From the NCBI GenBank assembly GCA_030704615.1, contig CM060731.1, positions 8,866,001 to 8,930,000 of the forward strand: 64,000 bases of DNA, read 5' to 3'. A model generated the notes under the pieces. The model had not been told where the DNA came from. It worked only from the letters and a program-made list of their open reading frames with translations, and made no database searches. Each line of letters opens with the position of its first letter. The stretch's first letter is position 1. Below are positions 11,824 to 24,949 of this stretch, piece after piece. Both the position numbers and the translations under genes were made by a program. This stretch comes from Takakia lepidozioides (taxonomy: Eukaryota; Plantae; Bryophyta).

Positions 11824-14800
11824 TTATGCTTCGGTTGTAGAATTTGAGAGTTCATATTTGCTTTCATTGTTGAGATCGGCAGTGGGCAGCTCCTTGTACT
11901 TGTACCACCATGCTGCCAGGAGGAAGAATGCGAAGTTGAAGACGCTGAGGACGCCGAGGAACCAGTAGAAGTCGCTCAACCTGCTTCTGTTTAGTGTGAG
12001 GGTTTGCAACCATTCATGGGGGTGTTTGCCGTAGTGCCCTGTCACTGCGTTTACAGCGGAGACAACACCGCTGCTGAGAAAAAATCCGACGGAGATGGAG
12101 GCAAGATAGAGGGAAGTTCCCACGCTCTTCATGCCCATAGGTGCTTCGTCGTAGAAGAACTCGAGACATCCTATGTATGTGAACATGTCAGCGAGTCCAA
12201 AGATGAAGAATTGCGGAACTAGCCAGAAGACAGTCATCGGAACAGTGGCGGATGGGCTGTCAAGAAGTTGATGACTGCGAGCTACCTCAATCCGTGCCTT
12301 CTCTGTCAGGGCTGCAGCAGCCATTGCAACCATGCAAAGAATCAAGCCAACGGAAATTCTCTGAAGAGAAGTGATTCCTCGTGGGTGCCCAGTAAAACGC
12401 CGGGCGAATGGGACAAAGAATTTGTCGTATAAAGGGACTAAGAGTATCATCACTACGAGCGCAAACATGGTGAGAGAGGCAGGTGGAAATTCGAAGTGCT
12501 TTCCGAGTTTTCTGTCCATAGTAGTACCCTGTATGATAGAGAAGGTGGAGAGCTGCGCTTGGCAGCAGTTTTGAACGATTGTGCCAGACCATACTGCAAG
12601 CATCCGTACAATCTGTTTAGCTTCTTCCACTTGAGTCACTGTGCATAGCCTCCATCGGCCAACAACGTCTTTGGGGCCGTGGTTCAATGGTGTGATTGCT
12701 GCCTTGTCAAGAAACCTATCCAACACCCAAATATTGAAGGACATCAGTAATTTATACAGATTTCAGCTATCGTGAGACGAAGAATCAAGCAAGAATCAAC
12801 TGTCCCAAGCTGTAAGTTTCTCGTAGTGATAGGTCCCGGGCCTTAGGTGCACGACCCAGGTTGGGACCCCTAACTACTATGGCGCCTGATCAAATGTGCT
12901 CTCAAGTGAACTTGTCGTGAAATTCAATATATATACAGATAAGTGTTCGGTCGATACTAGTTTCCCTATCGTACTCAAAAAATGCTCACATTCAACTGCA
13001 AGTTCTGCATGTTCACTCCTTAGTGGTACCTGGATCATGTGCCTGGGAGAGAGTACTAGCATCTTCAAAGTTGAAAGTCAAAGTCTCACCTGAGTTGTTT
13101 GGTATGTTTGATTTTCTGGTAGCCCTGAGAACTAGTCTCATAGAGTAGACTTTCGTCGGTTGGAAGAGGCACACGAATATTTCGACATGCGGCCACCCAC
13201 ACCTGCGCTATGCGAGCGATAGGGCTGGAAGCTTCTGGTGGTCTGTTTCTATAGAGAGTGATACCACAAGCATAGCCTACCAACCCAAATACTAAGAATG
13301 CGGCAGAGATAGCCCATCCTATTGCTCGGCCGACGTTGTCTTGGATCCAAACCAACAGTGTGACGCCGAGGAGTGCGCCCACAATTAAGCTCACAAAAAA
13401 GTAGTTGAAGAAAGTGGCAGATTGTGTCCTCTCTTTGACGTCTTTTTCGTTGAATTGTTCCGCTCCATGGGCTGCCAAACATGGCTTAAAACATCCTCCC
13501 CCAAGACCAACTAGGTATAGCGCGGTATAAAAGAAGGCCAAGTCCTTTGTGGAAGCGGGTTCGCATGCAGCTGGTGGTAGGCATGCTGCAGGTCTCAGTG
13601 ACTTTTCTGATGCTGAGTAGGCTAATAAAACCATTCCCTGAAGAATGAGGCAATACTAGGTCAGTATCACTTGTAATAAACATTCATGATTCAAATATGA
13701 CCTTCATACTGAAGATATTTAATTGTTGCATTACACATTGACAGTCCTAACCTATATATATATCCCTGTGAGGAAACATTCCACGATGATGCTCACCTCA
13801 AGCGCTAGACGTAGGAAAGGTTCAGATTTTGGGCCTTTGTACATGTACTGACACACGTTCTTGATAATCACGTAGAGTGAGAGCTGGAGTTAGTTAAGGA
13901 GAAGTACGTAAGGTTCTCTCCGCAAGTTTGAACTTCGTCGACATCCCCATACAGCCATAAACATTCACTGGTCCACGTAAAGGATTGATTGAGTCCAATT
14001 GACAAATTATTTTCTTCTGTATCATCTGGATTGCACCTGGGATGACCTGTGCAACCTTCGAGGCGTGTGTAGAAAGTTCTCGAGCTATATACTTACGGAT
14101 ATATGTTATACGTTGGCATAGAACTCGTGACGTAATAGTAAGCAGTGATACTAAAATTCATTGAAACCCGCGTACATGTGTACTATCTCTTAGATGGAGT
14201 CTTGAGATCCGCAACCTGTTTCTCGCGTGGTAGCATATCAAAATGATCGTATCAATTGCACATAATTACAACAAACTGCATCCTAGTACAAATGATCAGG
14301 TCAGCCCAGATTATTTGAAGCTGGGTCCGTCGAACTTGTGCTGTTCATTGACAATCTTGTGCCATTCATAACAGACTCATATAGTCATCTGGATCAGAAC
14401 CACTCACCGCGCTTTCAATAAGTCCGAAAATGATGGCTGTCCAAAACTTTCCCAAGCAGGAATCCGCTATGAGTCCTCCCAAGACGGAGAGCATGTATTG
14501 GGTACCAACAAAGTTAGTCACCACGTTCGCTGCCTTGGGGATAGCGAAGTTCAATGTGGCGACCAGATATGTCACCAAATTAATCTGTACACCATAATTG
14601 GCTGTGATCTCGGACATGCATATCACTGTTGTAAATCCCCACAGCAGTCACAAATCATAAGTCATAGTTTGATCTCAAGTCAGGACGGTCTGTCAGGATA
14701 TCAGTCTGAGCATCAAGCTGGATGCCCAGTGCTCTCCCCATAAGCAGTTTTCTAACAGAGGGTGCGATATTGTGAAATTGGTTTGCACTTTTAGGTTAAA

Positions 14801-15976
14801 ACAAATCCAGAACAAATCAACCCAAGGATTGCAAGATTATGTCAGATCTCTGTTTCGATGACATACCGAAATTGAAAGGTGCTGTCTTCCAGCCACCTGT
14901 TTCAGCCTTGATTGCAGGCCTTCCCTTGTAGTCAACGGACCCATCCCCAACTGTCAAGTCGGCCTCGGCCACCATCGGTGCCATCTTTTGCTCCCAAACC
15001 TACAATACATACGAAACCAACAATATTGTCCGGTTGTGAGCTATAATATTCCCAATAAATTCAGTTCTAATACAAATCTAACATTTGAACTGATTTGTTG
15101 GCTTTCCAGCTCTAGAACTCGCAACGCATCCTCCACCACTGAACATAGTGTGTCGATGTGAACGATCTACGTACACATTTATGGCTCCTTTCACTTGAGT
15201 CATGCTTTAACCACGTACGACAGTCGTATCAAAATTCAGCTCGAGAAATAAGAAACATAATGTCGGACGGCGAGCTCATGTTTGACAGCGAGAAGAGTTG
15301 AGCCGAAGCCCAGCCTAAAAGTCTCTCAAACTTCAATCTGTGGAAGCAGTTCGTATATACATGTTTACAGCTCAGATGATGGGACAATCACCGCACCAAC
15401 AGTACTCACTCAACCATGGTAATAGCTCCTGCCCGGGTCCCTCTATCTATTGGACATATAACCCAAGTCCCTGAGATATTCTTATTGAACTGAAACGAGA
15501 GCGAATTTCCTAAAATCAGATATGAGATAATCATAATTACTCTTTTGGAAATTTGCATGTAGGGCCCAGGGGGCAAAGACTAAACTTGACTAAACTACGC
15601 ACATGATACTACACCAATAACAGGAATGCGGGTTACGGCTTCCACTAGAAACAACCTTGATACACTCTTCTCGGAGTGGGGCACTAGCACGAATCTGCGT
15701 GCACACTAGTTAGTTCTAGCAAAACCAGCAATTTGGACAGGCGTCTAGCATGAAATTTTTTCTGACTGGATCAAGTTGCTGCTCTGTCAGCTGCTGAAAC
15801 CAACCGCAGAAGAAATTCTGAAAGAGCATCTAGCAGAATGCACCGTGGAGCTTCTTAACAGTTTCTGTCGACCCAACCACTCAATATGTTCTTAAATCAC
15901 TTCAGCTTCTCTTTCTAACCAAAAGGCAAGAGTGAACTGGCGCATTGAAGTGAACGAAACCGGGACAAATTACCAT
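11824..15976 (-). CDS. NRT1/PTR family (NPF) transporter
   Basis: Exons: probable ATG-only micro-exon 15976-15974, then 14999-14867, 14625-14408, 13637-13090, 12715-11824; all GT-AG and phase-consistent. Motifs DYKGRPA..TGGW, NLVTYL, GGLIADSCLGK, GLGGGCFKP, FFNYFF, RFLDKAA, TVTQVEEAK, WLVPQF, EFFYDEAP. An alternative start is the ATG at 14984. Confidence 0.93.
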
Positions 15977-18900
15977 CTTTTGGAGGTCCAGTAGATGCCG
16001 AGCCAAGAGTATTAAGCTCCACGGTGATCAGTGGCACATGCAGGATCTCTGCCTCTGTCTCTTTCTCTTAGACCACGTAAACACGTATTCTCCCTCTCTC
16101 TGGTCTCTTATTCACTCTCCCCCTCGACATGCTCACGAATCTGCTCGGAAAATGCAGGCTGTAAGTTTGAGACTCACTGGCAGCTGGCCCTTCAACCATA
16201 CAGATCTATGTATATATGGATCAGGAAAATATATGTCAAGATTCTGTTGTTAATTTCACAACAGTTCTTGCGGTGGCTGCAACGACAGCAGCGCACTACC
16301 AGCAAAGGATCACTTCAGCCCCCGAAATGGAAGGCTCCAAATGTCCTTGTAAGGGTAGGAAAAACCTACTTACCCTGTTCACAACTTGCAGACCCACTGT
16401 GAAGACATTGTAATTAAAGTGATACCTGAGTGCTGGAAGCTGGCGATGTTGGATCTATTGGCCGATGGCTTCGACATCTCTGGCGGCAAAAGCTCTCTAC
16501 CCACTACTGTGCTCTTGTGGGGCCAACTAGCTGTCGTACTCACATGGGCTACGAGAGTACCTACCCCTACCAGCAGCATTAGCTTCAAGAAACCCGTTGG
16601 TGCCAACTGCTCTACAGGACTGTGGGTACTTCGGGGCTCTTTCCATGTCTACCCATGACCATGAACAGGGCGGTGCACCACCCCCATCACCCCCTTGGAG
16701 GCTTTCCATACTGTGTATGGACACTCTTGACCTGCAGACGGCTGTCAATATGCTATGCATTCAGATGAACACTACAGCCATCCACTGCTAGATCAAGTGC
16801 ATCTTAATCTTGCATTGCCGTGTCTTAATTTCTCTCATGCAAAGTTGTGAGCTTATTACGAAAATAGATCCTACCAATCGTTTGGAGCTATGGTTAATGG
16901 GTCAACCATTGCTCTGAATGCAACTTCACAGTTTTTGTCAAATCTTCTCTTAGAACCCAGGATGCAGCTACAATTTCCTTGTGAATGAAGACGTTGCCAA
17001 GAGCGATTTTGCCCTTTAAAAAGGAGAAGGTTGCTCGGTCCTACACTGGAGCGTGTACACGACCGTCCTGTACCCCCAGTGGATCGAACGGTCGGATCAC
17101 ATGAACAGAGCTATACAGTCAAGTACAGACGGCCTGTGACGCCAAGAACGTGCACAAACAACGTTCAAAGGTCTCAAAAGGAAACACACCTCAGGGCTGC
17201 AAATTGAAGGGAAAAATTTGCCCATTTTGCCCATAAAATTTAAGTGGGCGGCAAGGGCTCCTACTATTATCTTATGCGCATATGGTAAATGATCATGGTA
17301 GTTGTAGTGTGAAAGAGGTTTTGGTAAGCTGAAAAGCTGCAGACATTACTAGGATAGACTGGTTAACAGCTACTATTCAAACATTAATCTTGAATATTTA
17401 TATGCAAATTCATGTTTCCCGCTCTAATTATTCAGTTTCAAGGAAATGCACAATTTCAGCAAAATGGTGGTTAAACAAAGAAGGGCAGATCCTTTCGAAA
17501 TGTCATTCACTGTAGAAGAAGGGCACGTATTTTAGAGGCCAGTCATCCCAAGGTGAAAGGTGGCCCTAAAAAAGGAAGGCGAGGTCGCCTCAATTTGCAC
17601 CCCTTGTAGCAACAGCTCACGGATCGGCTCGTTGAGGGGAATAATCAACCTTGAAAGACACTTGGGTAGTCACTAAGGACTCACAATTCCACTGCAGCTC
17701 TGAACCCCAGCTCCAAAGCTTTACATGGTGGACCGTTTTCAGTTGAGGCAGAGATTCACCTCCATTCAAATACCAACAGCACCGTATGATACATATGGAA
17801 ATTCACAACCAACACTACTTCCGACTTACAACATGTAGAAAAACTCAAAGCACACAATACTATCTAGAACAGCAATTAAAAGATTCAGGCAATCAAAACA
17901 CACGATGGTATCATAGCACTTTACACTACTGCAATTCCACCATAAGGCATCGACATACAAAGAAGTTTTCAGCACCTCAAAGACTCTCTGTAGTAAGCCT
18001 AAATAGTATTCGTAGTAACGATTGCTCGGCGCTGGCGGGAGTCTAGTAATTCAAAATAATGCTGTCACTATCCATCCGTAAATAGTACGCAGTAGCAACA
18101 CCTTGGCCAAATGCATGTCAAATCCTAGTGTAACCTAGTTGGCCTCTGACTTAGATATTCCGTCATGGAATAAATCAGTGTAACTAGTAACTCTTGATGA
18201 CTTGCAGTAACATGGTCACACTGCGATTTCTACCAGAAAAAACAACACAACAGGAACGTACTTCGTCAATACACACCTCAAGCTCCTCTAGCTGAAGTTG
18301 TCTGACAATGCATCCTCATCAAGCAAGCTTTTTGCTGTGCGTCCGCTCCAAAATTGCAATCCGAGGCTTACAGACACTTCACTTTATGAACTGACAATCA
18401 CCCCTTGGGTTCCTTTGAGTTGAAATGTCCTACTCCCTCCTTAGTCCCTCCCAGAGGAGGAAACTCAACACACATCAGTAGACAGGAGGGCACTAGCTAA
18501 CAAGCTTAGTGACCTCCCAGTGGAATACAAAGCCAAGCAACAAAGTCCTATGTAGCTCAAGCTTCCGGAGCAAGCTCACGAGAGCAACTTATTATACGAG
18601 CGACAGCCCCCTGGTTTTTAGGCACACTTCCGGAACCCGCTCAGGTGGCTGGAGCGATCCCAACCGTTCATCCTTGCTTACCACGTCATCAATTTTTTAA
18701 GCAATTTTTTAAACGATGTAACGGTTGCCTGGGCCTAAGCTCTTGTTTTTTCATCCAGTTGGCATCGTCATCAACCACGCAAAGCACTTAACATCCATGA
18801 CCAGGTCTTTTGTTGCGCCATGTGGCAGCGCCTCGTTTTACCGTATTTCCTGTCTTGTCTTTTCTTTTTGAAGAAAAGGGGACAGAGGCCCTGTAAATCA

Positions 18901-19188
18901 AGTTAAACAGCCCAAAACGGTGATGGGCTCTCTTGCTTTGGCAAAACATAAGAGGAAGGTAAGAGTAAGGAGCATGACTCAGCACAACACACCAACCGGA
19001 GCCTTGACACGGTGTAAGGTCCTTTGACCACATTTTCTCCCTTGATTTCAACATGTTGCAAAGTCTCTGTCTACAAGAGAGCCAACAAAAACACGGCCAG
19101 GCCGGGGGCTACAAGAGGAAGGTCAGTTGGAAGGTTTTTAAGAAAAAATTATCACATCATCTGAGCCCATGCCAAGCCTAGCTTGCTG

Positions 19189-19422
19189 CTATGCGGCATC
19201 CACCAGACTTCGAGACATCCGCAACAGTTTCCTACTTGTGATCTCCTTTCCTGCAAAGAAAGATCCAGGAGGAAAAGCGAATCCCGGAGTAACATATAGG
19301 CCCTGATGCTCGTTGAAGAACCTGCGCCAGAGGGGCTCGAAAGGTATATCGGCTCGCACTAGGAAAAGGAATGCGATCCTTGGTGGTACGGGTTCCAATG
19401 TGGCATCAGACGCATCTCTCAT
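19189..19422 (-). pseudogene. Core-2/I-branching glycosyltransferase (GT14-like/DUF266) gene fragment
   Basis: PRIAFLFLVRADIPFEPLWRRFFNEHQGLY...SFFAGKEITS...SLVDAA* matches the family N-terminal motif. The SIYVH segment is deleted and the frame stops where ERRLL is expected. Confidence 0.8.
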
Positions 19423-20484
19423 GAGAAGCTGGGTGTGGGTGGATTGGTGTCACAAAGGTGTCAAGTGTCCACCTTGCTGCCGAAAGGCAGTAGCCTTGAA
19501 GAGACACCATAGTTTACACTTCCTTGGGCAGGCGTCAAATATCAATATTATGCTCATGTGTACTACACTAACGTCTTTGCATGAGATATCCATTCTGAAG
19601 TAAGAAATTGAAATGTATTTTGTCCGCGAAGCTATTTTTTTAATTTACAACTTTCTTCTTGTTTCAACAAAACAACCCTCCATAAAGTCAAGTAGTCATG
19701 TAGTATATGAAGGTAATCCTTATGATTTGCTGGTGAAATGATGTCGTTTCTGATATTATAATATTAAAAGTATTATTTAAGTATTGAATATTTCCCTTTA
19801 TGGTATTCCTTGTGGCACTACAAGGATTTTAATAATTCCTTCCCAAATTTCTTATCCCTTTTCTATGTTTTAAAGAATATGAACACATTCATCATAGACC
19901 ATGTAAGTGACCATATTGAGGCAAGAGTACACAGTCTGCCTATGACTTGTATTTCGTTTGCAAACACATTACCCTTATAACCATAGATTGGGCTTGCATG
20001 AGCTATTTTTTCCTCCTAATGCCAACTTGTGCTCAGTGATACCAAACCCCAATCATCTTATGAGTTCTTATTCACAAATTGTCTTTAAAAATAATCAAAC
20101 CGTTTGCCTCATTAGCCTTGTCTTCCAAGTTTCCAAAGACACCCCAAAATGTTTTTCTTGAATGTCACACTTTCAAACTTGGATTGCTTTCAGATTTTTT
20201 AAGGAAACCTCTTGTCTCCTTAGAACAGGTCAAACTTAAAGATCCCACATCGAATTGTGGTCGTCTCGATCAAATTGTATGTCGGTTTTATGTCGCCGCA
20301 CCAATGCACATGGTTGTCTTGCTTTGTTGATCAAATGAACATTTTGCCTCCTGATCAGCCTACCGTCGTACTGACTTAATAATTAATTTTGTACAATATC
20401 TGTGTAAACTCAAACACAAGAGGAATTGATCGCATTTAGTTTGGGAAGTCGCAAACAACAATAACTTACTGCGAGTGTAAAGAC

Positions 20485-20904
20485 CATTGTTGTACTGGTA
20501 TCAGGTTTAGGACATACCAGACTACCAAAACTTTCATACCAGTCTAGATATATTTTTTTCCAAATACTGGTATGAGTATGAGTATCATGACCACAATATG
20601 AGCTGGTATGAGATATCAATTCTGGTATCATTCCAAAGCCATCATTGAATAACAAGTTTATCAAATAGCAAGTATCAAGTGAAAAAATATATAATACAAT
20701 AAAGAAATAAATATACATAAGTACATTTAATATGTAGGCATATGTACACATAAAGTAGTATAGTACACATACTAGAGTAAATGAGGAAGAAACCCGGGTA
20801 GTACTGGTCTTATGGCTGGTCCTGGTATATGGCCAAGTATTTTCCCAAATGATACAAGATATACCTGTGCACCAGGCAATACCCTATATACCGGTACAAC
20901 ACTG
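20485..20904. mobile_element. hAT-type MITE (copy A)
   Basis: TIRs CATTGTTGTACTGGTAT / CAGTGTTGTACCGGTAT; perfect 8-bp TSD GTAAAGAC (20477-20484, 20905-20912); many subterminal TGGTAT/ATACCA motifs. Confidence 0.9.
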
Positions 20905-20954
20905 GTAAAGACCAAAAAGAATATTAAAAATTAAAGACCAGGTTGAAACTGGTA

Positions 20955-21304
20955 GTGTATAGCTGAAGGACTGGTATATGCATTGGTATTAGATACCAGA
21001 CCAGTCTGGTATCATTTGGGAGAATACTTGGCCATATCTCAGACCAGACCAGGCGGGTATCAGTTTTTCCATACCAGCCACAATACCAGTACTCCCCCGC
21101 CGTCTTCCTCATCTATTGGTATGTGTATTATACCAATTTATGTGTACATATGCCTACATGCTTGTATTTATGTATACTTACTTCTTTATGTGTATTGTAT
21201 TTGTTTTCACTTGATACTTGCTAATTGATAGACTTGTAATTCAAGATGGCTTTGGAATGACACCAGAATTGATATCTCATACGAGCTGATATTGCGGTCA
21301 TGAC
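20955..21304. mobile_element. Truncated MITE of the same family (copy B), inverted relative to A
   Basis: Reverse-complement similarity to 20580-20860 (gatggctttggaatgacaccagaattgatatctcata); ends abruptly at the TIR of copy C. Left boundary approximate. Confidence 0.75.
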
Positions 21305-21792
21305 CAGTGTTGGTCTGGTATGGGTATCAGACCCGAGTATCAACACTGGTATCACGGACCATACTAGCTTGGTCTTAAGTTCTACAATACCAGGTCATAT
21401 ACCAAACCTAGGCTGGTATCCGTATTCTCATACCAGCCACAATACCAGTACCCCCCACCATCTTCCTCATTTACTCTAGTATGTGTATTATACTAGTTTA
21501 TATGGACATACATGTACTTATTTTTATTTACTTTATGTTTATTTGTTTTCACTTGATATTTGATAAACTTGTAAGTCAAATGGCTTTTGAATGATACCAG
21601 GATTGATATACCATAACAGCTGGTATTGTGATCATGATACTCATACTCATATCAGTATCTGGAAAGAAATACATCCACCATTATATAGACTAGACTGGTA
21701 TGAAAGTTTTGTGATTGGGCTGGCTCCCCCGCCCGCCACTGCGCGCGGTCGCCCAGCTAGGACCAGTATGGTATGATACCAAACCAACACTG
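21305..21792. mobile_element. hAT-type MITE (copy C)
   Basis: TIRs CAGTGTTGGTCTGGTAT / CAGTGTTGGTTTGGTAT; flanks GTCATGAC / CTCATGAC (7/8); interior homologous to A and B. Confidence 0.85.
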
Positions 21793-22335
21793 CTCATGAC
21801 AGAGGGCACTTGCCCGAAAACGGCAATCTAATGGTGCTGGGTCCAAAAAAGTAACGCAGCTTACTCCACATTTGGCTCAGCCCGGTAGAATTGCTGCCTG
21901 CCCCGCCTTAAATCTGCCTCCCGCCCGGCACTTTTGCCAATCATACCAGGACTCCGCCAGCCAACCACTATACATTAGATTTGGGAGTTAATGAGATATG
22001 ATGTCCTCGGTCAACACGCCAAGATTGTGATTGAGCAAGGGCTACCATGGGGCTATCTCTGCCGGGGTCTCCTACCGTCCCAACCGTGGAGTGTCAACCA
22101 ACCAGTCTTTGTAAAAAATTCCGTCGCCCTGCCAGGGTATTTAACAGCCCCCAAAAAAAAAATGTACTTGGCAACCATAAGGTGAACCTAAGGTGAAGTG
22201 GCTCTAAGTTTAGCCGGCTATGGCTGACGTATTTTCTCTCTTTTTCTTTCTCTCTCCCTATTGCACTATTCCCTCCAGAATTTGGCCATGCACTTGTTAG
22301 TACCATTTGCCATACTTGTAATAAACAAATTTTAA

Positions 22336-23344
22336 CCCCTAAAGGACGAAGCTACCCAAACTCGGTCGGTTAGATTTAGAAAAGTGTCTGGTTGTTACTG
22401 AGGTTGAGCCTGATTTGGCATGTTTAGGCTCATTGGATAGGTAATCGCGTCAGCTATGAGGTGGCATTTTCCAATTCGTCATTGGGCCTGACCCCATCCA
22501 CGTGGAACACCTAGAGTTTGCCACACTCCCGGTTTTCAGCCCCATGTTGGGCAGCTAACCTGCCCTCCATCCTACGTGTCAACTAAGGTCAGGTTAGGGA
22601 GAATTTCCACGCACCCCCACTTGCGCAGGGTGGCACGTCTCCCAACACCCTTTATTGCGCCCCATCCACCCTAAAGCGCCCCCCATTGGCAGGCAAAGGC
22701 AAAGCCCACCCCCCCTCCCCACCAAAACCCACATACCTTAGGGCTCCTGGCCAAAAAGTATAGGCAAACATAGGTGCACATAGAGAAGTCATGGGTAGGG
22801 GAAAACATCATATGAAAAGAAGCTCTGATTGGTACACAAACCTGCCCACTACAGTTCAACCCGGAGCGATTGACAAATCAACGGTTCAGATCTTTTCACC
22901 AAATTTTCTAATACGGTTTTGTGCTTGCCCCTTTGAAATTGGGAAATTTGACCCCCCAAATTGGCCATACAAAGCAGCCCACATGAGAACATATCAGAAA
23001 AATCTGACATTTTCAGCGCAGGTGTCTTACCTGGCAGGGTACAAGATTCTGGTTTGTGTCATGTCAAAAAAATTCACAGCTGGGAAATTCGATAAGAAAA
23101 GCTGTGTTTTCTTACCCCCATTGTAAATAGGAAATTTGTTTTTGGCCCAACTTTCCACTATAATCTTGCAATCCGGCAGGTCGATTTGGACCAGACTTTT
23201 TGTGGTCATAGCTGGGGTAGGTAGGAACATATTACAACGGTCAGTTTTACAGGGCCTGAGGAAATCTCAAGATATAAAATATTTAGTGGGGAAGGGTCAA
23301 TTTTTTGGGGGTGGACCCAAAAATTGGGGTTAGTCCTTTAGAGG
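22336..23344. mobile_element. Non-autonomous piggyBac-like TIR element (1009 bp)
   Basis: TTAA|CCCCTAAAGGACGAA ... TTAGTCCTTTAGAGG|TTAA: 13/15 TIR, CC..GG termini, TTAA on both sides; no credible ORF. Confidence 0.7.
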
Positions 23345-24949
23345 TTAACATCCATTCATATGTTGCTAAACTATAATATGCTTAACAAACAAGCCACCAT
23401 ATGTGAATGCTTGTTGTTTAATGCTTCGATGAGCTACATTTTGAAAAATCTGGAATACGTAATATTTGTAGTCTCTATCTAATTCATGTTGCTACATTTT
23501 CTTGCTCATTTTGCTTTGATTCTACAAGAGGTTCAAATTGAAGCTAGTAGCAAAGCATGGATAAAATGCTTATACACATTAGAGCATCCCCACCCTACAC
23601 TGAACCCAGCACGCCAACGGAACATGAGGGTATGGTGGGCGGAAACGTCCCCCACCCACGCACGGAACCCTATATCCTATGAAAAGCGCGCACGCAATAT
23701 CGTTCCGTGCATTGAACCCAAAGTGTTGTATTATGTGCACAGAAAATAGGCCCCTGAATCCAAGTCAACGCGACCAAGCGCGTGCGTGTCAGCATCTTGG
23801 CGGAGACCTTGCCCCTTCAGCCAATGGGAGACAGGGTGCGCGTGGATAGCGTGGGCGATTCAGGGACAAGGGTGTGCGTGAGTCGGGCTGCCGCGCCAGA
23901 GAACTCACCAGGCACTGAACTGATGACACTATCTTTAGCGTTACAGGGAGTTTTTCGGGCTCAAGGGTGGGGATGCTCTTAGATGGAATCCGGAGGCTGA
24001 GCCTCAACTCTATAGCAATCAAGTGATGCTCATGTATCTTATGTGGAACTACTTTGTCTGCATTATGCAAATCAATCGGTGCACTAATACCTTTAAGCCC
24101 TTTAAGCCTATGCTTCTCCTTGCTTTCATGATTTTTGGTCATTGTTATCTCTTGGACCGGTTTCTAGCGACCACATCTTTTTGACTCCCACATCGTTTTC
24201 CGGTAATTCATTCTGTATCTTTCACATATCTCATTCTACTACTTGGATTGTCATTTACTGCTCTGTTATCTCTTGGGTTTGTCATTCACTTTGTATTGTT
24301 GTGTTTACTTTTATTGCCCTTGGGAATTCTTATTTTTTCCTTGCTAAATAAAATTTCGTGGGATTCACCCGTTCAATAGTATTACGCCACCTACGTCCTA
24401 CACCGTTGAGGTTGGGTATAAGCATGTGAGCAGAAAAGGATCTTCCAAATTTTCTAGGAATATTTAAAGAGTATGTTACGGCAAAACATACACTTTAGAA
24501 AAGAGAGCTCTACAGTAATGACACGTTTTTGGATCAAAAACCAAAGGTAAGGTTGGAGTACTAGCTTTTTAGCTGGAGCAGCATCGGATCCAATCATTCG
24601 TGTGCCACGTGATCCACAAGTCAATTTTAATGGCCCACAAAAAAAACATTCTCTAGCCTAGTTTGCAACGGGCAGTTGCTTACCGAGGCCCGAAATGGGC
24701 TTGGAGGACTAAATGTGTAGGGTGAGGCCCAACGTAAAGAAACAACAAGAATTTCAGATTTTGATGGTTCCTTGATCGGACGGCCCGCAAGAGTAAGAGC
24801 CTTATGTGGCATAAGGTGCCATCCTCACCTGCCCCAAAAATCCCGCCCAAATAAGGTGCCATCCTTTCTAATATATATATATGACGCCAGCCAGAGCTAG
24901 CGTAAATAAGAGCCTCTTCCCTTTACAGGTACTGCCCCCTTTCGGTACA

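Noticed and set aside
16379-16660. Small ORF with a hydrophobic stretch (secreted peptide or membrane-anchored fragment)
   Set aside because: TTG start, needs a frameshift to reach an ATG, and no recognisable family or downstream exons.
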